Assembly: GCA_048939465.1 (NCBI GenBank) | Contig: JBHLPL010000053.1 | Location: 1-12,809 of the forward strand | Reading direction: 5' to 3' | Source of the DNA: Promethearchaeota archaeon | GTDB lineage: Archaea > Asgardarchaeota > Odinarchaeia > Odinarchaeales > JBHLKK01 | Length of the DNA stretch: 12,809 nucleotides | Part shown: one piece after another, positions 1 to 6,334 of the stretch | Position numbering within the stretch: position 1 is the first letter of the stretch | How the letters are laid out: every line of letters starts with the position of its first letter | Notes under the pieces: generated by a model | Seen by the model: the letters and a program-made list of their open reading frames with translations, nothing else | The model's database searches: none | Told to the model about the DNA's origin: nothing | Translations under genes and position numbers: made by a program

Positions 1-1
1 C

Positions 2-226
2 TGTGGGGTACTTAATGGGATATTTAACCCGCCTTTTGAGGGTAAATACGGAGCAATACTAGGGATCTGTATGTTATTTGCAACATATCCTATAACAGTC
101 TATGGTCTGAGGATTGATCTAGATGCAGTCGGAGGACGGAGATCGGCTTTCGTATCAGGTCTTCTTCAGTTCTTTTTCTTATGGATAGTAGTTTGGACCC
201 TTACTTTCTCACTCATTCGTATGTAA
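2..226 (+). CDS. EMC6-like small membrane protein (archaeal DUF5379 / Rab5ip-EMC6 type), 5'-truncated at the window edge
   Basis: My translation of frame +2 is open from base 2 to TAA at 224-226: CGVLNGIFNPPFEGKYGAILGICMLFATYPITVYGLRIDLDAVGGRRSAFVSGLLQFFFLWIVVWTLTFSLIRM. It has two hydrophobic segments. The C-terminal G-L-x2-FFxxWxxxWTLxxxL resembles EMC6 (human GGLFTYVLFWTFLYGMV, from memory). Not in the ORF track. Confidence 0.65.
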   Translation, partial: CGVLNGIFNPPFEGKYGAILGICMLFATYPITVYGLRIDLDAVGGRRSAFVSGLLQFFFLWIVVWTLTFSLIRM

Positions 227-298
227 CGAGTATTTCACATATAAAGCCACGAAATGTCTGCATTTTGATACATAGGAGCGTGTGGTGAGACGGTTACG

Positions 299-937
299 AT
301 GAGTACGAGAAAAGGACCACGAATGATCATAGAGCACTTGGAGAAGGTGCTTGGACGTTGGATATGGTTGGAATACAGACATGTCTCTTGGCTTGTGGGC
401 AGAAAAAACCTTCTTATCACAAATGTGAAAAAGAGAAGAGACGCCATAAAACTTGCGGGGATAGCAAGTATAGGGAACCCAAGCATAACTAAGCTTCCTT
501 TTGATAAGACTAAACTTCTAATACTTGATCCTGGAGCCGAAATAGCCCTAAACTATCAGGACCTTAAGAGCGACAAATGGCTCATACTAGGAGGAATCCT
601 GGGAGATCATCCCCCAATTGGGCGTACAGAGTTGCTCCTAAGCAAAAGGATGAGAGACATACCTCGTAGAAATATCGGAAAGCATCAATTCTCTATTGAC
701 GGTACAGCATTTGTCATATTGCAGATAGCCAAGGGGAAGAGCCTTAGAGACATTCCGATTACGATCGAGCCTGAATTCAAAATAACAGAGAATTATAGCG
801 TGATCTTGCCTTTTGCGTTTCCGCAAGTAAATGGAAAACCTTTGCTCGCCCCGGGGCTAATCGGCTACCTCAAAAAGGGAATAGTTGAAGATGAAAAAGA
901 AATAATTACGACTGGAAAGCCAATACCCGTCGCGTAG
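299..937 (+). CDS. SPOUT-family SAM-dependent methyltransferase, Sfm1-like (COG2428 type)
   Basis: Motifs IIEHLE..W..LEYRH, LILDP, GGILGDHPP, G..QFSIDG and ILPFAFP are typical of the family. A GGTGAG SD-like site lies about 9 nt before ATG 299. Confidence 0.85.
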   Translation: MSTRKGPRMIIEHLEKVLGRWIWLEYRHVSWLVGRKNLLITNVKKRRDAIKLAGIASIGNPSITKLPFDKTKLLILDPGAEIALNYQDLKSDKWLILGGILGDHPPIGRTELLLSKRMRDIPRRNIGKHQFSIDGTAFVILQIAKGKSLRDIPITIEPEFKITENYSVILPFAFPQVNGKPLLAPGLIGYLKKGIVEDEKEIITTGKPIPVA

Positions 938-977
938 GACTAGCTTATGAGAAGATCGCCACTGAGGTACGAATGGT

Positions 978-1754
978 ATGCAAATCGAGCAATGCCTGCT
1001 GGAAATCATAAGCGTCTTGGTAGTAATCTCTACTCTAAGCTATACTGCTTGGTTGGACTGGAAATATAGAAGAGTAGATAATAGCATATGGGCATACCCC
1101 ATTGGGGTAGGCACAGTGATCTTGTTGGTCAGAACCTACCTGAGTTTTGAATATCTCCTGCTATTTTTCCTATCTGTAGGAGTTACTTTTCTTCTGGTCT
1201 TCACCCTATTCTCAATCGGTGTGTTTGGGGGAGCAGATGGAAAAGCATTACTCGCCACCGCGCTAGTCCTGCCCACGACACCCACCCTGATAGGAGATCT
1301 ACAAACTCTACCCATTTTCAGTATATCACTATTTGATAACATGATAATCTTGATTGCCATCTCATCGATTCTATTGCTAATCTGGAATATCGTTAGGTCA
1401 GCGCCGACCTACAGCCCTTTTGAAGGATTTAGGAAAGAGAAGACCTGGAGGAGAATACTGACTTTGTTTACTTGCTATAGAGTTTCCATATCTAAGATCA
1501 AGCACGGAGGACGCATAAGGATTAGAGAAACAATAAAGGACAATGATCTATATCTGAAAACCTTCGGAGAATCAGGAAGTGAAGATGAAACCAGCCTAGT
1601 ATCGCTTGAAAGCTACAAAAAGAAAAAAGGACTTCAGCAAAAAGTCTGGGTAAGCTCACCCGTACCACTCATACTATTCATGTTGGGGGGACTCATCATT
1701 TCATTAACAGCAGGTGATATAATTCTTAGAATAGCCTATTCTCTTCTTGCGTAG
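978..1754 (+). CDS. pibD: A24 prepilin/prearchaellin peptidase (PibD/FlaK type)
   Basis: Multi-TM protein with both catalytic Asp motifs (AWLDWKYR and GGADGKAL) and the archaeal C-terminal KVWVSSPVPLILFM motif. GAGGT SD at 965-969. Confidence 0.9.
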   Translation: MQIEQCLLEIISVLVVISTLSYTAWLDWKYRRVDNSIWAYPIGVGTVILLVRTYLSFEYLLLFFLSVGVTFLLVFTLFSIGVFGGADGKALLATALVLPTTPTLIGDLQTLPIFSISLFDNMIILIAISSILLLIWNIVRSAPTYSPFEGFRKEKTWRRILTLFTCYRVSISKIKHGGRIRIRETIKDNDLYLKTFGESGSEDETSLVSLESYKKKKGLQQKVWVSSPVPLILFMLGGLIISLTAGDIILRIAYSLLA

Positions 1755-1806
1755 AATCTACGGTTGAAGACACAGAAGCCGGAAAAGCCTTTTCAGGTCA
1801 GGATGC

Positions 1807-2544
1807 CTATACTTCCTCGCCCGGCATAACCACAATACCACGGCTTGAGATTTCAAATGGATATCTTTTGAGAGAGTGAGCGGTTGATCTCATTTTCCGC
1901 ACAATTAAGCTTCGTCTCAGCTCTCCCTCTTTCTCATCCAGATAAAGCAAGACTAGACCTTGGGCCACGAATTCTTCAACACCGTATCGGCTATACGTCC
2001 CTTGGCCAACTATCTCCGACGTCATTAGGGAGGTAGTACTAAGCTCCCTTAGGAGAGCACTAAGTTTGAAGATGGCCGTTCTGATCCCTGCAAGATCATC
2101 AAATCGCAAGCCAAGCGCAGACAGGGAGTCGATAGTAACCCGTTGAGCATTGATTTTATTTGCCGCCATATAGATTTGCTCTGCCAGATCATTAATTCCG
2201 AAGCCCCTACGGACAGCATAAGCCTCATCTGTAGGCAAACCTGCTCTCGCTGAGGCTGCGTCGATTATCGCAAGCTTATTTTGCTTTTCTAGTTCCGGTA
2301 GGTCCCATCCAAACTGTAGAGCTTCACGCCTGAGCTCTTTGGGAATCTCTTCCAGAGTTATGAAAACACCGGGTTCATTGCTTTCAACAACACCGTTGTA
2401 GAGGAATTGCATTCCAATTATCGTCTTGCCGGTCCCAGCACCGCCTGTTACTAATGTGTTGTTTCCTTGTATGAAGCCTCCGTGAAGAATCCCATCAAGG
2501 CCAGGAATTCCGGTTTTGATGCGTTGCAAGACTTGCCTTTTCAT
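1807..2544 (-). CDS. Single-domain KaiC-like / RecA-superfamily ATPase (COG0467)
   Basis: N-terminal RIKTGIPGLDGILHGG, Walker A GGAGTGKT, ITLEE, Walker B-like VTIDSLS, GVEEFVAQG and arginine-finger region RKMR. GAGGAGG SD upstream. Confidence 0.92.
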   Translation of the reverse strand: MKRQVLQRIKTGIPGLDGILHGGFIQGNNTLVTGGAGTGKTIIGMQFLYNGVVESNEPGVFITLEEIPKELRREALQFGWDLPELEKQNKLAIIDAASARAGLPTDEAYAVRRGFGINDLAEQIYMAANKINAQRVTIDSLSALGLRFDDLAGIRTAIFKLSALLRELSTTSLMTSEIVGQGTYSRYGVEEFVAQGLVLLYLDEKEGELRRSLIVRKMRSTAHSLKRYPFEISSRGIVVMPGEEV

Positions 2545-2562
2545 CGATTTTCCTCCTCTTTC

Positions 2563-3084
2563 TTATATAGGACTGGGGGTAATCATGTCTTTACCCTTCA
2601 ATATTCTTGACATGCTCCACAAATCTACTTCCTGAATGTCTGGATCATTTCTGAGCTCTCTAATAAAAGACTCAAGGGCATCTTGGTTTTCAGCTATGAC
2701 TATTGCATACAGCGAGGTTTTGTCCTCGCCAGTCGCCAGGAACCTGATGCGTGGATCTTTCAAGAACTTCCTTGAGATTTCTTCCGTTCTTTTGATACTA
2801 ATGTCTTCGATTATGTGTCCACCAATTTTGAAGCTAATCAAAGCAAACAGCTCATATCCCAGGCTTTCAGGCGGTATATTAATTGTAAACCTCTTTATGA
2901 TTCCACTATCCTTGAGCTTCTTGACTCTGAAATGTATGGTGGTATCAGGAATCTTGTCTTTGGGACCGAGTTCTCCCATTTTGCGCAACTCTTTAGTTAC
3001 GCTGCTGGCAATCTTCGTAAAAGGAGTTCTTGCATCCTCAACTAACATGGCCAAAATCTGGCGATCGAGTTTGTCTAATCGCAT
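2563..3084 (-). CDS. Lrp/AsnC-family transcriptional regulator with an insertion in the HTH
   Basis: MRLDKLDRQILAMLVEDARTPFTKIA...TTIHFRVKKLKDSGIIKRFT wHTH followed by a RAM-like C-terminal domain. Its stop lies 18 nt before the KaiC-like start. Confidence 0.88.
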   Translation of the reverse strand: MRLDKLDRQILAMLVEDARTPFTKIASSVTKELRKMGELGPKDKIPDTTIHFRVKKLKDSGIIKRFTINIPPESLGYELFALISFKIGGHIIEDISIKRTEEISRKFLKDPRIRFLATGEDKTSLYAIVIAENQDALESFIRELRNDPDIQEVDLWSMSRILKGKDMITPSPI

Positions 3085-3129
3085 CTTATGCCCCCAACAA
3101 CTGCTACATTCATAATTAAGAAGTATAGG

Positions 3130-3144
3130 TATTTAACAATTTCG
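3130..3144 (-). promoter_or_regulatory. Candidate BRE+TATA promoter of the lrp-kaiC-like pair
   Basis: Minus strand reads CGAAA-TT-GTTAAATA, about 45 nt upstream of ATG 3084. This resembles the archaeal BRE/TATA arrangement. Confidence 0.5.
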
Positions 3145-3461
3145 CAAAAAACCGGTTCGTTATTATGAAAAACGCATCTAATGATTTTCCTAGTGCGATA
3201 AATAGGCCTTTTATTGTGCGAATCTGCCAGAAAACAAACAGGAACCACTATAGGTTATATTCTCCAATAAAGTCGGGAGATCTGTTGATTTTCAGCCAAA
3301 AAAGGTCAGAATAGGGTTTTCGCGAGGCATACCTTTTTAACCAAGAAGGTCTATTATGCTTTGAGAGATGGCTAGCGGATATAGGAAATTGGGTGAGCAA
3401 AAGTAGAGGAGAGAGTCGGGCGATCTCGCATCGCAGACAGAAACAGAATACGGTGTCGTAG

Positions 3462-3707
3462 ATGGCAGTTAAGATGGAGGAGCAAGAACAGGTCCATAAG
3501 AAGAGGAACCATATTAGTAGCGGATTACTTTATGAAGAATACCCAGCTTCTAAAGACGAGCTCAGGCCAAGGCCTACATACCGGGACGGTTGCCCCTGTT
3601 TTACATGTAGGAACATTACAGCTTGCGGAGTAGGGCAGGAAGCGTCACCAATCTCATGTTCAGAGATTGGGATTTGGGTTCAAGAACTAGCCAGGAGAAA
3701 AACGTAG
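3462..3707 (+). CDS. Small Cys-rich protein matching the RPC34/RPC39/TFEbeta C-terminal [4Fe-4S] domain, with no winged helix
   Basis: PCFTC-RNITA-C-GVGQEASPIS-C-SEIGIW gives P-C-x2-C-x5-C-x10-C-x5-W with an SP before the last Cys, the same pattern as Pol III RPC39/C34 and crenarchaeal TFEbeta. GGTG SD at 3452-3455 and an oligo-T run after the stop. Confidence 0.75.
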   Translation: MAVKMEEQEQVHKKRNHISSGLLYEEYPASKDELRPRPTYRDGCPCFTCRNITACGVGQEASPISCSEIGIWVQELARRKT

Positions 3708-3715
3708 CTTGAATC

Positions 3716-3725
3716 TTCGTTTTTT
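3716..3725 (+). terminator. Oligo-T terminator candidate
   Basis: TTCGTTTTTT in the 20-bp gap between the convergent Fe-S protein and MEMO1 genes. Confidence 0.4.
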
Positions 3726-3727
3726 GG

Positions 3728-4633
3728 CTAGCGTGTTATCTTAACGCTGAGATAGCCTACTATCGCGTCTTCACTACCCCGTGTATCGTAGCTTGTGGCA
3801 TATTTTAGTTTCCTAACCTCTTTTGCATCCAAAACACGCGATGCCTCCAATGCAATTGCAACTGGTACTGATCCGCACATTGTGGTCTTTTTGGCAAGGT
3901 TTAGCATTTTGTTAGTATCAAGCTCACAGATGGCAGATATGATTTCCCCATCTGTTCTGTAAATCCATTTAATCACCTTCTCAATGGGTCCCGGTCCAGC
4001 AGGAGCAAAACCATAAAACATAGAGCCGTAGTGGGTCATATCAGTGCTTGCGAGAATAACACTGTCCCGTTTATTTTCTTCTATGGCTTTGGCCACAACC
4101 TCGCCTGTCCGACGGCACGTATCTAGATCAGACCTTCCAACAGTAATAGGCACAATGTTGAAATCTTCTCCATAAAGAAATTGAAGGAAAGGAAGTTGGA
4201 CTTCTAGGCTATGCTCGCGCTCATGAGGCCAACTATCTGCCACTATAAGGCGTTTATCTTCCTCTCTTCCCAGCTTCATTATAGACTCAGCAAGTGTCTC
4301 ATCGATCTTGACCTTACCCAAGGGGGTTTGCCAAAATCCTTTTTCCATAATGGCGGTTCCGAGGTACCCACCATGGCTGGGGCCAATAATCACAAAAGTC
4401 TCGGGCCGGCCATCACAAGCCAACTCGTAGAAGAGATGAGCCGCAATAGGACCAGAATAAATGTATCCCGCATGAGGACTGATCCCTCCAATTATATTAC
4501 GCGGTCCATCAGTTCTTGCTTTTGGTAGCTTACCAGGACCTTGAGGGTCCAGGAAGGAGTTTCTAATGAGTTCTTTTGTCTCATCAAGTGATGGCGAGTA
4601 GAAGCCAGTAGCAATTGGGCGTCTTACAACCAA
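3728..4633 (-). CDS. amrB: MEMO1-family protein (AmmeMemoRadiSam protein B)
   Basis: Motifs RRPIATGFY, SPHAGYIYSG, IGPSH, WQTPLG, EHSLEVQLPFLQ, ASTDMTHYG, TMCG and VGY. TTG start with a GGAGG SD. Confidence 0.93.
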   Translation of the reverse strand: MVVRRPIATGFYSPSLDETKELIRNSFLDPQGPGKLPKARTDGPRNIIGGISPHAGYIYSGPIAAHLFYELACDGRPETFVIIGPSHGGYLGTAIMEKGFWQTPLGKVKIDETLAESIMKLGREEDKRLIVADSWPHEREHSLEVQLPFLQFLYGEDFNIVPITVGRSDLDTCRRTGEVVAKAIEENKRDSVILASTDMTHYGSMFYGFAPAGPGPIEKVIKWIYRTDGEIISAICELDTNKMLNLAKKTTMCGSVPVAIALEASRVLDAKEVRKLKYATSYDTRGSEDAIVGYLSVKITR

Positions 4634-4687
4634 ATAAATCCCTCCAGATTCGTTTATTTAGTCCCCCGACGAATATAGATCTCCCCC

Positions 4688-4722
4688 ATATAATTACTTT
4701 TTCAGCGAAAAGGTGATTAAAG
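4688..4722. promoter_or_regulatory. Back-to-back divergent BRE/TATA promoter candidates
   Basis: Minus strand GAAAAAG-TAATTATAT (4688-4703) faces MEMO1. Plus strand CGAAAAG-GTGATTAAAG (4706-4722) faces the PurM-like gene. Confidence 0.45.
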
Positions 4723-4783
4723 CATAAAGGAATTAAATGATAAGGCAATTCATCTTATTCTGAATCCGGTGGAGGAAAATTCT

Positions 4784-5833
4784 ATGCGAAGAAGGCCTGT
4801 GGGGAAAATCAGCCTAGAACAACTCAAGAAGTCTGTATTTCCGTATACAGGGGCTCACGATAGTTCCGTTTTATTAGGACCAGAAGTTGGCGAAGATACT
4901 GCTTTAATTGACTTAGGACCTAACGTCCTTATATTAAAAGCAGATCCTGTAACCGGGGCCGTTGAACGAGCCGGCTGGCTATCCGTTCATGTTAATGCCA
5001 ATGACGTAGCTACAAGAGGAGCGGAACCAAGATGGTTCTTGCCAACGCTCATAATGCCTACCACCTCTACGGTCAAAACAGTAGAAGAAATCATGAGGCA
5101 GATTCATGAGGCCGCCACAGAACTAGGAGTAGCCATAGTTGGAGGTCATACCGAGTTCATTGACGGTATTGATCACCCCATTATTGCAGGAACTATGGCT
5201 GCAGTAATTGAAAAAGACAGATACGTCACTTCCGGAGGGGCAAGGCCAGGAGACAAGATAATCTTGACAAAAGGAGCAGCAATAGAATGCACAGTAATAT
5301 TGGCTACAGACATGTCGGAAGAAATCAGAAAAGAATTAGGATCAGAAATTGTGGAAAGAGGGAAAGCATTCATCCAGAAGATAAGTATCGTAAAAGACGC
5401 TCTTATTGCCGTTAAGAATGGAAAAGTCACTGCAATGCATGATGCTACTGAAGGGGGGGTTGCTACAGCGCTGCACGAAGTAGCAGAAGCCTCAAACATA
5501 GGTTTTATGGTGTATGAAGACAAGATCTATGTTGCTCCAGAAACCAACAAAATGTGTCTCCTATTCGATTTGGATCCACTACAGGTGATAAGTTCAGGTG
5601 CGCTAATTATCACTGCAACTTCAAAAACCAGTCAAAAGATAGTAGATAGCCTTAATAAGGCAGGTATCAAAGCTGAGATAATAGGAGAAGCAACAGATAA
5701 GAATAAAGGTCGGAGCATTGTCAAAAGAGACGGCAGCATAGTAAATTTGCCGTTGCCGGAACAAGACCAGCTCTGGAAACTCTCCGATGCCATTACAGCA
5801 AAAGCTAGAATGTCGAAGCGAACCAAAACATGA
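4784..5833 (+). CDS. AIR synthase-related (PurM/HypE/ThiL superfamily) ATP-binding protein
   Basis: Motifs GKIS, GEDTA, DPVTG, NDVATRGAEP, GGHTE, GDKIILTKG, MHDATEGG and SSGALI. Start moved from the track's GTG 4769 to ATG 4784 because GGAGG lies at 4771-4775. Confidence 0.88.
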   Translation: MRRRPVGKISLEQLKKSVFPYTGAHDSSVLLGPEVGEDTALIDLGPNVLILKADPVTGAVERAGWLSVHVNANDVATRGAEPRWFLPTLIMPTTSTVKTVEEIMRQIHEAATELGVAIVGGHTEFIDGIDHPIIAGTMAAVIEKDRYVTSGGARPGDKIILTKGAAIECTVILATDMSEEIRKELGSEIVERGKAFIQKISIVKDALIAVKNGKVTAMHDATEGGVATALHEVAEASNIGFMVYEDKIYVAPETNKMCLLFDLDPLQVISSGALIITATSKTSQKIVDSLNKAGIKAEIIGEATDKNKGRSIVKRDGSIVNLPLPEQDQLWKLSDAITAKARMSKRTKT

Positions 5834-5844
5834 CTAGATGTCCA

Positions 5845-5859
5845 CCAAAAATTTATATG
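5845..5859 (+). promoter_or_regulatory. Candidate BRE+TATA promoter of the fwdDBAC operon
   Basis: CCAAAAA-TTTATATG immediately after the PurM-like stop and about 65 nt before the fwdD ATG. Confidence 0.55.
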
Positions 5860-5923
5860 CTTGACACTGACTAACAGAAGACTCTCCGAGCAAATAGTTG
5901 CAAAAGCACTGATTGTGAGGGAA

Positions 5924-6334
5924 ATGAAAGACAGAAATCAGACTCTGGAAGTTGTTGTGATCACCGGTAGAACCATAGATCAAGGAAGAGCCATTGAAGG
6001 CAAGAAGATCTCAGAGGATTTGCTGAGTATTGCAGCCATTTGCGAACTGTGTCAAGAGGACATGGATAAGCTCAACGTCAAAGAAGGAGAAACGGTAAAA
6101 CTCATGACCGATTATGGTGAGAATATATTCATCGCTAAACCATCCAAGTCCCTCGATAGTGGCATTGTTTTCATACCCATGGGTCTTTGGGCAAATAGGA
6201 TAATCAGCCCGAACACAGGTAACATCGGAATGCCTTCTTTTAAGGGCGTTAGGGGCACTCTGGTGGCTGCACCGGGAGAAAAGCCATCTACTCCCAAGAA
6301 GTTCATAAAGAACCTACTCGAGTCTAAGCAATGA
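5924..6334 (+). CDS. fwdD: Formylmethanofuran dehydrogenase subunit D (molybdopterin dinucleotide-binding)
   Basis: Motifs ITGRTIDQG, CEL..EDM..L.V..G..V, G.VFIPMG.WAN and G.G.PSFKG. Start placed at ATG 5924 (GTGAGG SD) rather than TTG 5861. Its stop overlaps the fwdB ATG (ATGA). Confidence 0.9.
   Translation: MKDRNQTLEVVVITGRTIDQGRAIEGKKISEDLLSIAAICELCQEDMDKLNVKEGETVKLMTDYGENIFIAKPSKSLDSGIVFIPMGLWANRIISPNTGNIGMPSFKGVRGTLVAAPGEKPSTPKKFIKNLLESKQ

Noticed and set aside
211-233. ACTC...GAGT inverted words resembling an operator
   Set aside because: It overlaps the end of the EMC6-like CDS, has only 4-bp arms, and has no link to flavin genes.
1782-1794. Palindrome GAAAAGCCTTTTC between the convergent pibD and kaiC-like genes
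   Set aside because: Short, AT-rich and weak as a hairpin. Archaeal termination usually relies on T tracts, so it cannot be called a terminator or operator.
1807-2544. Calling the ATPase a circadian clock KaiC or RadA/RadB
   Set aside because: It is a single domain with no S/T phosphosite pair, no kaiA/kaiB nearby, and no RadA N-terminal domain.
2636-3115. 159-aa and 76-aa plus-strand ORFs over the lrp gene
   Set aside because: Antisense shadows of a well-supported gene, with no recognisable motifs.
3150-3160. GGTTCG word resembling a tRNA T-loop
   Set aside because: No cloverleaf, acceptor stem or anticodon arm around it.
3393-3461. GTG-started 22-codon frame ending in TAG, in frame with and immediately before ATG 3462 (possible pyrrolysine or readthrough extension)
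   Set aside because: The extension (VSKSRGESRAISHRRQKQNTVS) does not resemble a winged helix, ATG 3462 has its own GGTG SD, and there is no pyl evidence in the window.
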